The translations under genes and the position numbers were made by a program. Below the pieces are notes generated by a model, which saw nothing but the letters and a program-made list of their open reading frames with translations, did no database searches and was not told the DNA's origin. From NCBI RefSeq assembly GCF_018350175.1, contig NC_058368.1:56050001-56114000 (forward strand): a stretch of 64,000 nucleotides of DNA. The letters run 5' to 3'. Source of the stretch: Felis catus (lineage: Eukaryota). This document shows positions 27,460-40,477 of the stretch, one piece after another; within the stretch, counting starts at the first letter, position 1, and each line of letters starts with the position of its first letter.

Positions 27460-27700
27460 CCAGTGGTATGTGCATACACCTGTGAAACTAATCACGTCAA
27501 GTAAGGTAGGGAACATACCTGTACTGCCAGAAGTTTCTTCATCTTTTTATGTAAATCCTCTCTATCGCCTCTCCTGTTCCACCTCCAATCCCAGGAAACC
27601 TCTTAATTGCTTTTGTCACTGTTGATTATTTTGCAATTTGTGGAATTCTATTAAGTAGAATCTTAAAAGTATGTCCTACTTTTCTTGATGGAGTTATTTT
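27460..27700 (-). mobile_element. Old L1 (L1MC/MD-like) 3'UTR fragment
   Basis: catacacctgtgaaac...ccagaagtttc...cccaggaaacc pattern typical of reverse old L1 3' ends. Confidence 0.6.
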
Positions 27701-28972
27701 CTGTCTAACAAATTTAAATAGAAGAAATTTAAGTAAATTACTTTAATTAACAGGTCTTAATAAGATGAAACAAAATTGTACCCTAGAATGAATTTTGAAT
27801 CTAGTAATGAATGTGATTAAAATCCAAAGTATGACCTTAACAACCTATTACTTCACTATTACATTAAAAAAACTAAAGTCACGTTGTACTGAAAAAAAAA
27901 ATCATCATCCATTTTGAATAGAGTCACATATAAGTGAGAGTAAAGTTTGAGTAATTTTTCTTTCAAAGCTTATTTATGTTTAGTTAATTTCCAGTTTCTA
28001 CTCCCTCAGACTTGAGTATTGAAGGAGAATTCCACCAGCTACCTCAGAAAGTAAATGACTGACATTAACTAAAAGTAAATAAATGAATAAATAAATAAAT
28101 ATTAAGATTTACATAGTTTGGAATACCAAATAATACCTTGACTAGCAGTACACTGAAAATATTAACTAAATTTGATCACACTTAACAGTGTTCATCCATA
28201 TTTTTCAGACAATGGGAAGCACTATTAATTTTCTTCTATTTGATTTAAAATATTATAATATATACACTTGAAGTATAATACAAAATATTTTGGAGTGAGC
28301 ATAAGGGAAGGTGTATTTTGGTTTGCTTATAAAAAATACTTATAATTTGAGAAATTACTTAATATTAGTTTACTCACATATGGAAATGAGGGATTTGACT
28401 TGAAATTATTTCCCAAATTCCTTTTAGAAATTATTTTTATAAAAATACTTTGTAAATTCAACAATTGTGATTTTGTTGATATTATTCACATGACTAAATA
28501 TCCAATAAATATCCCTTGCTATGAACATCTGAGCAAAGCCTATGCTAGCAAAATTATTGAAAAGAATGAGCTATTATCTGGATAATGTAGACCATCTTTT
28601 TTGAAATCCATGTTAAAGGCATTAGGTAGAATACATAAATGTTATGTGTCCAATGTTTCCTTCCCCCCAGAACAGGAGGGTTAAAAACAGAATAGAACTG
28701 AACTCCATTGTCATTTCCCAAAAATGACATGATATACATATACAGTTCAGTAAAGGGTGTATATCTATTGTAGTCATGATTACATAGGTATATGCGTATA
28801 TCAAAACACATAAGATTTAATGCGTTAAATATAACACATGTAACTTATTGTGACTGAAATACATTATTAATATTCTTCAAGAAATAAAACAACTGAAAAT
28901 ACTAATTTTAATATAAGCCAGTTCCTGTTAAAACCACAATATATTACTGTTATTAAGAAGTATAAATAAATT

Positions 28973-29141
28973 GGGGCACCTGGGTAGCTTAGTCAGTTAA
29001 GCCTCCAACTTTGGCTCAGGTCATGAACTCGTGGTCTACGAGTTCGAGCCCCACATGGGGCTTTGTGCTGACAGCTCAGAGCCTGGACCCTGCTTCAGAT
29101 TCTGTGTCTCCCTCTCTTTGTTCCCCTCCCCTGCTTGCACT

Positions 29142-29191
<50 letters not shown>

Positions 29192-29226
29192 GTCAAAAAT
29201 AAATAAAAACATTAAAAAATTAAAAA
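28973..29226 (+). mobile_element. Can-SINE with expanded (CT)n
   Basis: Canonical body; TSD aagaagtataaa/aagaagtgtaaa. Confidence 0.95.
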
Positions 29227-29477
29227 AAGAAGTGTAAAGTTATTTTTTTCAACATCAAAAATCAGAGATATAAAAATATAGTTAAGATTAATATACTGGA
29301 TATTTGATTCCAATTCCTTTCTATTTTGTCATTCACAGTGCTTCACTGGGCTTTTTTTATCACTTGTGCAATTAGTATAATCAGTGTAATTTACTATGTT
29401 GATCTGATTTTAGGAATTTACGCTTTAGGTTATTAATTAAATATTTATTGTTTGCATTAACGTGGCTTTCAAAGCTT

Positions 29478-29698
29478 TGTTTGTTTGTTTGTTTAAGTGT
29501 TTATTTATTTTTCAGAGAGGGAGAGACAGAGAACAAGTGGAGGAGGGGCAGACAGAGAGGGAGACACAGAATCCAAAGCAGGCTACAGGCTCTGAGCTTT
29601 TAGCACAGAGCCTAACCCAGGGCTTGAACTCACAAACCGTGAGATCCTAACCTGAGCTGAAGTCCGACGCTTAACTGAATGAGCCACCCAGGCGCTCC
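29478..29698 (-). mobile_element. Can-SINE
   Basis: Reverse SINE; TSD tcaaagcttt on both sides. Confidence 0.95.
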
Positions 29699-30023
29699 TC
29701 AAAGCTTTTTTTTTCTACAAATGAAGAAAAATGTTAACCAAATAAATCTTACTGGCCGATGTAATATACTGCATACATTATGACACTAACAAAAGGAAAA
29801 TAAAGTTTATACTTTCAGAAGAATACTAGTGCTGACTCCAATCCCAAACTGACAGCAAGACTCATGGTCTAACAGTCTGGGAACTGGAGAGAAGAGCACA
29901 CGCATCTGGAATTACGTTAGTGAGACACAGTGAAGATGAGGTATCATACATTATTTTAGCTTTTAACTAAATTTATGATAATTAACATTACTAGTGGACT
30001 GCAGTATAAATAAATCCCTCTAG

Positions 30024-30024
<1 letters not shown>

Positions 30025-30091
<67 letters not shown>

Positions 30092-30136
30092 CAGAGAGAG
30101 AGAGAGACAGAGAGAGAGAGAGAGGCAGAGAGGGAG
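30025..30136. repeat. Compound (GT)n(GA)n microsatellite
   Basis: Visible directly. Confidence 0.95.
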
Positions 30137-30177
30137 AAAGGGAGATATTGACTGATTTTATTTTCTTTCAGGATAAG

Positions 30178-30861
30178 TGATGGGGTTTGGGGGTGATGGT
30201 GGGGTTCAGAGCTGATGGCCAAGAAGGAATTCTTGAAGAGGTCTTTGGTACAAAAAGGTGATTTTATTAAAGCACTGGGACAAGACCCGTGGGCAGAAAG
30301 AGCTGTGCTGGGGTTATGAAGAGTGAAGAGTGACTGATTATATACCCTCAGGTAGGGAGGGGGTTAGGGAAGCAAGGTTTCCAGGATCTTGAGGGGCTAG
30401 CTGTTGTTAGGATAACGTCATTTATTACTGTTTAGTAAAACATCCATCATGAATGAGACCCTTCAAATGTATATCAGGGGGTCATAAACTTGGAGTATGA
30501 TTGCCAGCATATATCTTGGGGGAATTAAAATAAAGGAAGTAGGTTTACAAGATCCTGCGGGGTCAGGATAATGTTAAGGCAAGATTCCCTTTTGCATCAT
30601 GGAGGCAGCTGAGCTCCTAAAGGAAGGTCACTCTGTTTCAAAGACTTATCAATGGGCTTTTGGCTAAGGGAATTTAATTTCTCATTTGCCTTAGTGTTTT
30701 CCACATCATGATGGCAAGCACTTTAACCCTTTTCCTTCGTTTTGGGTAGCCAGGAGTGTCCGAGGAATATCACACATATTTCACCTGTGTGTGTGTGTTT
30801 GGTGGGGGGACGGGTTGCTAGCTTGTACTTTGCTCTCAGCTTGTATTATGGTCCTTCATCA
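30178..30861 (-). mobile_element. Solo LTR, probably a carnivore ERV1-class LTR
   Basis: Termini TGATG...CATCA, flanks ataag/ataac (TSD-like), minus-strand AATAAA near 30263, raised GC content. Confidence 0.75.
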
Positions 30862-33571
30862 ATAACTAGTTTAGATCATCTAGTGATCCTGGAATGACAA
30901 GAGTTTGATAATCATTTATACTAGCAAAAACCAGGACATCCTAAAGAGAAAAAGATATGACTTTATTTGAATTTTTCATAGAAAAAGACGCAACATTTTT
31001 ATGTGCTAGTTGGCATTAAATAAAGTGTTTTAACAATTTTGGATCTATTATTTCTTGATTGAGCCAGTTTGGAAATAAAATGTCTGTTTGATTTAAATTA
31101 TCTAGCAAAATTTTTTTTTGTCAGAATGAAGTAGGAGTTTTTCTTCGTTTGGCATGACCCGTTTTGAAAGCTCACACTCTGTGAATGTTGATATTATTAT
31201 TCGCATTCACTTGCCAAATATAGTACCTTTTATCTAAAGTGGATAATACATATTAAAATTCTTAACAGCTGTGTGAATTTTAGCAAAAGCAGCCATAATG
31301 TGACAATCAAACAATATAGTGTACAATCCAGTCTTTTAAATTCATTTTCTTGTCAAACACTGGGTGACATATGTGTCATATATGCACATTTTGTTTTAAG
31401 AAATGTTTGGGGTTTGTAATCTAAGCACTGGATTTGCCATGTGTAGATTCAAGAAATTTGAGGTTACACTCTCAACTGATGTGAATTTGATTAATTTTTA
31501 TTGTTTTTTTTTCTAATTGTAATAATTGAATGAGAAAGTAACTTCTTCAAGGTCCTTCAGAAAATGCTTTAAAATATGTTTGCTCCATTTTAAAAAGATA
31601 ATAAATATTGTAACTTTTGTTATTGTTGTTGCCTTAACATTTTCACATTCTGGGACCATTTACTAAACCTTGCTATAAAAGAAAAGTCAGCAGAAGTGAT
31701 TGATATATGTCAAATGAATTAGGTTTAATTTTCTATAAAGTAGTATTTCTTTAACCTCTGGAAGATCTTGTTAATATGTCCATTCCTGTTTAATAATTCA
31801 AAGATGGGACCTAAAATTCTTCATTTCTAACAAACTCTCAATCCCATGGTCTTGATGCATAGATCTTATATTTACTAACAATATTGTAGAAAGCAATTCT
31901 TATAAAAATATTTCTACAGTGGTATATCCCTGTGAGACAACCAAAATATGTCACTTAAGGAATTACAAACAATGGTCATTTGTTTGTAGAAAGTTTTGTT
32001 TTGTTTTGTTTTGTTTTTAGTAATGAAATTAAAAATAAAACTGTTAAAAGACAACTTTCCTTTGAGTTTTGGAAGAGATGTTCATGTGTATATTATTAAT
32101 TTTGGCCACTAATGACAGGACCCACTAGACCTCTTCACCATGAAGACAAAGACAGATGGAAAGAATTTTATCCACTTGCCTAACCAAGTTATTACTTCAG
32201 AAAGAACACAGATTTTAACTCAGTGGATGGAAGTTTGTTGTTCTGAATTCTTTTCTTCATTCCTTTAATGATATATTTGCCTCATCTAATATTTATCTTC
32301 AAGCTATGTTATTATCTCATAATCTGCCAGTTTGGGGTTCTCTCATATAACTAGAGAATGTGGTAGAAATTTTGTCTCTTTGACATATGTTAAGTTGAAA
32401 GATGTTTATATGGCATGTCTGTACCTCATGTCATTTACTTATTAGGAATGTGTTTTTTATTTTCCATTAATTAACATATGTATAAATTTTCCCATATTTG
32501 GCAGGAAGTGGAGACTTTACGTTTGAAGATTCTAATTCCCCAGTGTCTACAGGGATGGGGCTCCCTGTTCTTCTAATCTTTCTCTATTTCATTTATCAGG
32601 TGATCATGGATGCTTCAATTTACTTTGTACTGAACCATTTTTAAAGATTAACTGCCTAGAGTTTTCTATTTATACTGTGTAAAATTTCAGCGTGGAGAGT
32701 GAGTCATGGTTGCTTACATATTACCACTGATGACTCAAATTTTCATCTATTTTTAATGGCTGTGTATGCATAGACAGTATGTTAAATACTATGTTCCTTT
32801 ATTTAACTTGGTGCTAGTCACCCAGTTGAAGTGAACTCACTCAGTCTAGTTCTCTTGAGTATTATGTTATGTAAATAATGTGTCATATATCTGTTGCTCC
32901 AAGAATGTAAACAACTAGGTTCTGCAAGATTATTCTACACAAAGAATATAAACGGAATGACAGTGTTTTTCTGAGTATATTCAATGTATTTCTGTGGAAT
33001 TTTGTTTTTATAAGCAGATAGAGAGTAGGGGTAATTATACAGAATATCTGTATCTTTTAAAGCATAAAGAACTGCCTTTGAAAATAAGTGTCTTACTGCA
33101 ACAATAAAATTTTCATAATTAAACATGTTATTTAAAAGATTGGAGCTAGTTCCTCAATCTCTATATTTTTATGTGTCATAACTAAAATAGTTTTTAGTCT
33201 TAGAGGAAAAAAATCAGAGACAGAGAAAGGGCTTACTGAAGGAAAATTGGTCTAGAAAGAAAAATATGACTAACTCTGTCATACAAAATACAAGACAAAA
33301 TTGATAAAAGTATACTAGTAAAAAATGAAATATCTAGTTCAATTAATTTTGTTGTAATGTATAAACATATTGTTATAGATTATTAAAGTAAGGTCTCAAT
33401 ACTCAAAGACATACCAGTTTATGAGTGAAAAGAAGACAATATTATAAAACACAGTAATACAATCTAGCCTTACACAAGGGCCATAAGTATCTGTTTTGCC
33501 CTCAGTTTCCATACTTTGTTTTCAAGTATTTTTGTAGCTTTATATCATTTAACATGGGGCAAATCTTAATA

Positions 33572-33913
33572 CAGTTGACTCCTGAAAAAATGTGGGGATG
33601 AGGAATGCCAGCCCCTACACAGTTGAAAATCTAGTTATAAATTTTGATGCCCTGAAAACTTAATTGCTAATAGCCTACTGTTAACTAGGAGCCTTATTGA
33701 TAACATAAACTGTCAATTAACACATATTTTATATGTTATATGTAATATACACAGTATTATTACAATAAAGTAAGCTAGAGGAAAGAAAATGTGAATAAGA
33801 AGTCATAAGGGAAAGAAAATGCATTTACAGGATTGTACTATATTTATCAAAAAAGAAGTCCTTCTATAAATGGACCTGCACAGTTCAAACCCATGTTGTT
33901 CAAGAGTCAACTA
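33572..33913. mobile_element. Tigger2-derived MITE (TcMar-Tigger)
   Basis: TIRs CAGTTGACTCCTGAAAAA and TTGTTCAAGAGTCAACTA, flanked by TA. Confidence 0.85.
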
Positions 33914-34409
33914 TAACTTTCTCCAATTGAATATAAGTAATATTGATTAGTATCTTATTAATGTCCATAAAAAATGAAGCATTATTAAAGTCTATATATA
34001 TGTAAAGAGGATTGGGAACTACTCATAAAAATGTTGCTCATATGCTCAAATCTCAATTATGCAAATACTTAGGTTAAATTTTCATGGTAGTTGACCCTTA
34101 GGTCTGATTTTAGGCATTCATTCTCATGTTTATTAAACATTTTTCTCTTGCATTGATTAGACATTTTCTATATTCAAATGTAGGAATTAATATTAATGTG
34201 GGTATGTAACTATATCCTTAGAATTTAAAATAAATCAATATTTGGTTATTATAGTATAGCTAATAGAGATGCTCTGGGGTTTTTCTATCCTTTAGTGTTA
34301 CTTTCCCTTAAAAGAGAATGATACTATTCAATACTTGAAAAGAAGCAGTTAATTGCTTTTCACAAAGTTCGGAACCAAAGTATAGTATACAAGGTCCGTT
34401 ATTATTTCA

Positions 34410-34745
34410 CTTTGCTTGCAGATTATTCTGCCCTCAGATACCTCTTAATTGCTTCCTCGCTCCCTTTTGGTCTTTACGCAAAGCTCAGCTTTTCAGGAAG
34501 GGTTTCCAGGTCATTCTAAAATTTCATGCCTATCTCCATTTCCATAGCTTATTTTCCTCTTTTTTGATATATTTTTTAACAGATCATGAAATTTACTTAC
34601 ATATGTTGTTTATTGTCTCCCTCCTCCTCTAAAATGTAATTGTGACAAAGGTTAATGGTTGTTGTTTACTTTAGATATTCCTTTTGTATTTCCTGCAACA
34701 ATCAACGCAGAGTATCTATTCAAAAGTATTTGCCGAATGGATGAA
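34410..34745 (+). mobile_element. L2 3' fragment
   Basis: tttattgtctccctcc...aatgtaa...tatttgccgaatggatgaa resembles the L2 3' terminus. Confidence 0.6.
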
Positions 34746-35038
34746 CAGTTGAAATAATAAATATATGAGTGAAATTGAATATAATTCAAGCAAACATGAG
34801 ATAAGCTTCTCACCTAGTTCTTATAAAGTTTAATTTTTTGTCTATTGGACCTATAATAATATGCAACATTACAAACAACACCAGTAACTTATTTTATAAA
34901 AATTCAAATTATGTTTTTTCTGAAAGATTGGACTATCCTATTATATTAAAATACAAATAAATTGATTATACAAATACATTTTCATATTTCACTAATTTTT
35001 TTAATAAAATAATCACATCTTATAACAGATCAAGTTAT

Positions 35039-35247
35039 GGGGCGCCTGGGTGGCTCAGTCAGTTAAGTGTCCGACTTCAGCTCAGGTCATGATCTCACAG
35101 TTCATGAGTTTGAGCCCCACATTGGGCTGTGTGCTGACAGCTCGGATTCTGTGTCTCCATCTCTGTCTGCCCCTGCCCCACTCACATTCTGTCTCTCTCT
35201 CTGGAAAATAAATAAACATTAAAAATTAAAAAGAAAAAGAAAAAAAG
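35039..35247 (+). mobile_element. Can-SINE with internal deletion
   Basis: Canonical head; lacks the gcctggagcctgctt segment; TSD aacagatcaagtta/aacagattaggtta. Confidence 0.95.
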
Positions 35248-35411
35248 AACAGATTAGGTTAGATTTTTCTTTCCCTTACTTTGGCTGCAACTTTAAGTTG
35301 ACCTGAGATGACTGAACATACCTTAAGAACCTTACCTTAAAAATAAAGGGTAATTTATTGCTGATAAAACATTTTTGATCTCAGAATAGTTACACACACA
35401 TATGAATGCAT

Positions 35412-35412
<1 letters not shown>

Positions 35413-35456
<44 letters not shown>
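35413..35456. repeat. (CA)n microsatellite
   Basis: Visible directly. Confidence 0.95.
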
Positions 35457-35457
<1 letters not shown>

Positions 35458-35811
35458 AGTGAAGTTTTATGTAGATATATATTTGTCAAACGATGGCATT
35501 CTACTACTATTATAAAAGAATTAAAGAATCCATCATATTTACATATAGCTCTATCACCATGTATGATTGGTTGTTGATGTAAATCAAGATCACTTTTTTT
35601 TGGATAGAACAAATCCTGTTTAGTATGCCAAGTGAAACAGAAGCCTTCAGAGAAGGAGCTAGTAAAGTTCTTTCAAAACAGAAGTCTAGTAAAGTAGAAA
35701 CTGTATGCAATGTTTAAGAATTAGAAAAATAGAGTACCGAATTCAGTTAATCTTTTAAGTTTTTATGATTGTTGGGTTTTTTTACTTCCATACATTTTAT
35801 TTGCTTGTCTG

Positions 35812-36008
35812 TTTTTATTTGAATATAGTTGTCACACAGTGTTACATTAGTTTCAAGTGTACAACATAGTTATTCAACTACTCTACACCTTATGCTGTGC
35901 TCATCACAGATGTAGCTACCATCTGTCACAATGCTATACAATGCTATTAGAATATTATTGACTATATTCCTTCTGCTGTACTTTTTATTTCTGTGACTCA
36001 TTCATTTA
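35812..36008 (-). mobile_element. Short carnivore L1 3' end
   Basis: tatagttgtcacacagtgttacattagtttcaagtgtacaacatagt; the same end is seen at 52120-52180. Confidence 0.75.
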
Positions 36009-36091
36009 ATATCAATCAATGATCGTGATAACAATTACCCAACAATACATTTTTGCCAAGTTATGTAATTTATTTTTATGTAAAATGATGA

Positions 36092-36481
36092 ATAAATATG
36101 TGTTTATATTTATGTTTTATATGTATATAAATAAATAATAATGTTTTATATATATAGATATATGTTTATAAATATTTATGTTTATATAAATAAATATAAA
36201 CAAATATATATAAATATATTATATTAAAAATATATGTTTTTATATATTAAAAATAAATATAAATATAAACATAATAATATTATATATTATATAATATTGT
36301 GTAATATATAATATATAGTATATTATATATTATATATTAATATTATATATTATAGAATATACTATATATTATATATATTATATAATTATTATTATATAAT
36401 AATAAATATAAATATAAATATTTATGTTTAAAACATAAATAAATATGTTTTATATTTATATAAATATGTGTTTATATTTAT
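36092..36481. repeat. AT-rich low-complexity block with inverted and direct repeats
   Basis: Almost entirely A/T; see findings. Confidence 0.9.
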
Positions 36482-36780
36482 ATTTTAGTTTCCTAGGGCT
36501 GCTGTCACCAATTGCCATGAACATGGTGGCTTACACAACAGAAATTTATTTTTTTTATACCTCAAGAGGCCAGAAGTAGGAAATGAAAGTGTTGGCTTCC
36601 TCTCAAGGCTCTTGGGGAGAATGCTTGTGTTTTTCCTAGCTTCTGGTAGATTCAGGCATTCCTTGGCTGCACCGTTGCAATCTCAGCCTCCATCCTCACA
36701 TGACCTTATCTTCTTCTGTATGTCTCATCTCTTTCTGCCCCTCTCTTATAAAGATATTTGTGAAGATATTTAGACTCACC
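36482..36780 (-). mobile_element. MLT1 (B/C-like) MaLR LTR fragment
   Basis: ttagtttcctagggctgctgt...ggtggcttacacaacagaaatttatt...gaggccagaagt, a typical MLT1 end. Confidence 0.8.
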
Positions 36781-36781
36781 T

Positions 36782-37422
36782 TGAAAGCCCTCAATACCAA
36801 ATGAGGGCATGGAAATATGGACAAGGCCTGACACGACCAGAGTCTGAGCTAGATAAGGAGGGTGGCCACGCAGAAGCAAGGCCTGGTATTCAGTTTCAGA
36901 ACCTAAATGCTTGAGGTAACTATTCGGTGAGGTAGTCCACCATGGACTCTGAACTGTAGAGCACATTTTTCCTGAGTGTGCCAGACTAAAAGTATTATCC
37001 ATCTCCTGATAATGAATCATATTTGTAGCTGCTCATATAGGACTAAATAAGTCAAGCAGGTCATAGCCTGACTACCTTCTGACTAACTTCTAACTTCCTC
37101 AGAGAAAGGGGGGCTTGATTATTTGCTGCCTTCTATAAAGGTTGCTGCTTAATCAATAAGGACTGTTCCTGCAGCCCTTTTCTTCTCTCCTGTAAAGTAA
37201 TCTGCCAAATGTACATTTGCTATCTGTCCTTCTATGTAACCAAGGGGAATTGGGGTTTAGAAAGCTATAGCATATATGTTGACACTCTGGCTACTGAACT
37301 GCTATGTCTAAAGTCTTTCACCTTATATCCAGGAGTCTTATGTCTTCTCTCAGCTTTCATGAAACTGTGGAAGGTTAATTTTGTTAGCTGCAAGTGGAGT
37401 AAGTCATCAGGCCCTTCCCACT
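36782..37422 (+). mobile_element. ERV1-class LTR (MER34/MER90-like) abutting the MLT1
   Basis: 3' end ccaggagtcttatgtcttc...catgaaactgtggaagg...gttagctgcaagt, homologous to the reverse of 9540-9650. Confidence 0.55.
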
Positions 37423-38381
37423 TAATGGAAAGTTTTCACACATGGATTGCCTCATCATGAGGGGTCAGAGTCCAAGCTGAATGGTGTCTGGAATGGCATG
37501 ACAGAGTGAGGAGGACATCTGTGAGGACACAAATCATAGCATGGAGTGTTGGTGTCACTTGTAAGCCTGGGTGGCAGAGAGACAGATTACTCAAGGGGCC
37601 CTAGCAGTGGTTCAGCTGTGTGTCAAAAGGGTAGTTACATGGGGAGAGAGTGACAACAGTAATAGCACACTGATTAGATATAGGGACATTTATCAAATAA
37701 TTAAACTGAATATAGTCAGTCTGGTCATTGTTGTTAGCACAGTGCTGAGATTATGAAAATGGTGAAAATGAAAGTGGATGGTATTGGATTGGAATGAGAA
37801 GTATCATTGTTAAATCACGGTAATCAATGCATATAGATAATTATAGAAATGAGTACAGATGCAAGTATGTGTTAATACATGTACATGGGTCTCTCTGTGT
37901 GTCTCCGTGCATTCTCTGTTTCTGTGGAGACTTGGATCAGTGATCTTTAAATTAATAACTACAAACACAACCAGTACCATGATTCCTTGGGAAAAAGTCT
38001 GATTATCTAGGGTCTGATTATCTAAGGATAGACAGGAGCAATACAAGATGAACCTGTACCTCTTTGTAGTGTGAAAAATAAAGAATTACTCAACTAATGA
38101 GGGGACATATCAAATGCTCGAAGAAACTCCCACTGGCCAGACTTGTATAATTTGAACCTCAAAGAAAAAAAGATTACATAGATTAGAATCCATTAGACAA
38201 ATAGGATGTCATGAGTCCATACTGATATAAATAAATATGAATATATTGAAGTCAGAAAAGAGGATACTGATATAATATTAAGTGACTCCTATAAAACAGC
38301 TATTTAAGATGGGGTAAAACTAACTTTATATTGAGGAAGTCTGGCAGACTTCTTAACCAAGCAATCAAAATGAATATCATT

Positions 38382-38586
38382 GGGGTGCGTGGATAGCTCA
38401 GTCAGTTGAGCATCCAACTCTTGATTTCAGCTCAGGTCATGATCTCATGAGTTGTAAGATCCAGGCCCCGCATTGTGCTCCACACTGGGCTTGGAGCCTA
38501 CTTAAGATTCTCTCTCTTCCTCTCCCTCTGTGCCTCCCCCACTCACTCTTGCACACATTCTCTCTCAAAAACAACAAAACAAAAAC
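38382..38586 (+). mobile_element. Can-SINE (older subfamily)
   Basis: Diverged head; degenerate TSD tgaatatcat/tgaatattat. Confidence 0.9.
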
Positions 38587-38829
38587 AGAGTGAATATTAT
38601 CAATAATGGTACAAATCAAAATTGTAGATTCTATAGCAGTACATAATCTGAGGAACACAGCACCATTGCTGAAAATTTCCAAAGATGCACAACTTGTACT
38701 AGTCATGAACAATCATCCGATAAACCCAGTTTGCGGATCATACTACTAAATAATTGGCCTCTAAAATTCAAATGTAACAAGACTATGAAACTTAAAGTCA
38801 AAACTGTTTCAGACTAAAGTAGACTAAAG

Positions 38830-39061
38830 ATTGGCATTAAATTGCATATTTAGTATTTTTATGTAATTGTTTATTTGTTCAACATCTGTATGTCCCATCA
38901 CAAAGTAAGGTCGGTAAGGGTAGGAGCATTGTCTCATTCACTTCTGTCTCCGCAATGCATTGAAAGGTGTCAGGTACATAGATTCTCAATAAATGTTTGC
39001 TGAATGAAAACAAAATAAAATCAAAATTAAATATTCAAATAAAATAAAGAAAAGAAGAGAC
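38830..39061 (+). mobile_element. L2 3'-end fragment with A-rich tail and TSD
   Basis: caggtacatagattctcaataaatgtttgctgaatga is an L2 terminus; A-rich tail 39007-39061; flanking 14-mers match 13/14. Confidence 0.7.
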
Positions 39062-39192
39062 AAAATAGACTAAAGGCGTAACAGCACAATGCAGCAATAA
39101 TTCTCAACTAGGTCATTTTTCTATTAAGAATATCTTTAGGATGATTGGTGAAAATTGAGGCGTATCTATGGGTTAAACGGTGATACTATATC

Positions 39193-39357
39193 AGGGTGCC
39201 TTGGTGTCTCAGTCAGTTAAGCATCCGACTTCCACTCAGGTCATGATCTCATGGTTCATGAGTTCGAGCCCTGTGTCGGAATCTGTGCTGACAGCTCAGA
39301 GCCTGGAGCCTGCTTCGGATTCTGTGTCTCCCTCTCTCTCTGTCCCTCCTCCACTTG

Positions 39358-39400
<43 letters not shown>

Positions 39401-39428
39401 ATAAGTAAACATTAAGAAAATTTTTTTA
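39193..39428 (+). mobile_element. Can-SINE
   Basis: Canonical body, long (CT)n; degenerate TSD taaacggtgata/taaacagtaata. Confidence 0.95.
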
Positions 39429-40477
39429 AATAAACAGTAATAATATATCAATAGTAATTTCCTCAGTGCTGCTCTCCACTTCGTGGTTTCTAGGAAAGTA
39501 TTTGTTAAAAGGAAGTGCAGGGTAGCTTCAGTGTACCAGAGATTGTGTTGCTCCTTCAGCTAAAGGTGAAAACATAGATATATTTATTCAAATAATTAGT
39601 TAAAATATAGTGGTTTTGAAAATATACTCATCCCTTAAAGAAACATTTAAAATATTTTAAATATGGAAAAGAAAGAACTTGAAAATTTCAGATTTATATT
39701 TATAAATGTTTATTATTAAATATTGCATTATGCAATACTGTATTTTTGCAGAAGTAAAATTCTGTCTGAGACATGACTGTGTATTCTCAGCAGGAGTCAT
39801 TCTGGGCCTCTAAATTTGGCTTTTTAATCCTACTACCTTGTGCTGAGTCACAAAGGATTCTATGATTGTTTCTCCATTATTATTCATTCCTACACATATC
39901 TCTTTATTTATCAGTTAAAAGATTCTTTTTTCTACATATTATTTTCAAGCATATCAACCTACTAGTATTTAACTAGACTGTATCTACATTACAGGTTAAA
40001 AGCAAATAATCTGCATTGCATGAAATTATTTCAGATGGCTAGCCCTCTTTTCTCCTTTTAATTGAATTTGTTCTGAGTCACAGAAAAGGAAAAAATGAAT
40101 TTTAACTGTTTTTTCTTATTTTGCTCAATTGATTCATACTTTTAAAAAAATATGTGTGAAAATTCATCCAAAGAAATATATTGCAGTTGAAAAACAGTGT
40201 GAATAGAACATTACTTTTACCTGTGAATATTTATTTATAACATTGAAAAGAGTGACAATTGGTTCTGTAGATGATATTTGGAAACGTTAGTTACCTAGCA
40301 GTGTTGCATGATAGTAAGTGAGTATAGAATATTGGAGCTTACTGAAAGAAGAGGCATTATGAAAATATAAAGTTGAACCAAATGAACAGTGCTTGTAGAA
40401 ATCTTCAGTCTACCTAATTGTATAAGTTTCTTCTTATTTGTGATGTTAAGGCTTTAAGGATGAAATTTCCCTAAGTT

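Larger units (their letters stand above)
37775..39500 (+). mobile_element. L1MC-type 3' region hosting two SINEs and an L2-containing insert
   Basis: gatggtattggattggaa, gagtccatactgatataaataaat, aaccaagcaatcaaaatgaatatca, aactgtttcagactaaag resemble L1MC 3' ends. Confidence 0.65.

Noticed and set aside
31000..31700. Repeat-poor stretch with a near-palindrome (tgacatatgtgtca) and an AACAAT motif, a possible conserved enhancer
   Set aside because: Short motifs are expected by chance; conservation or chromatin data would be needed.
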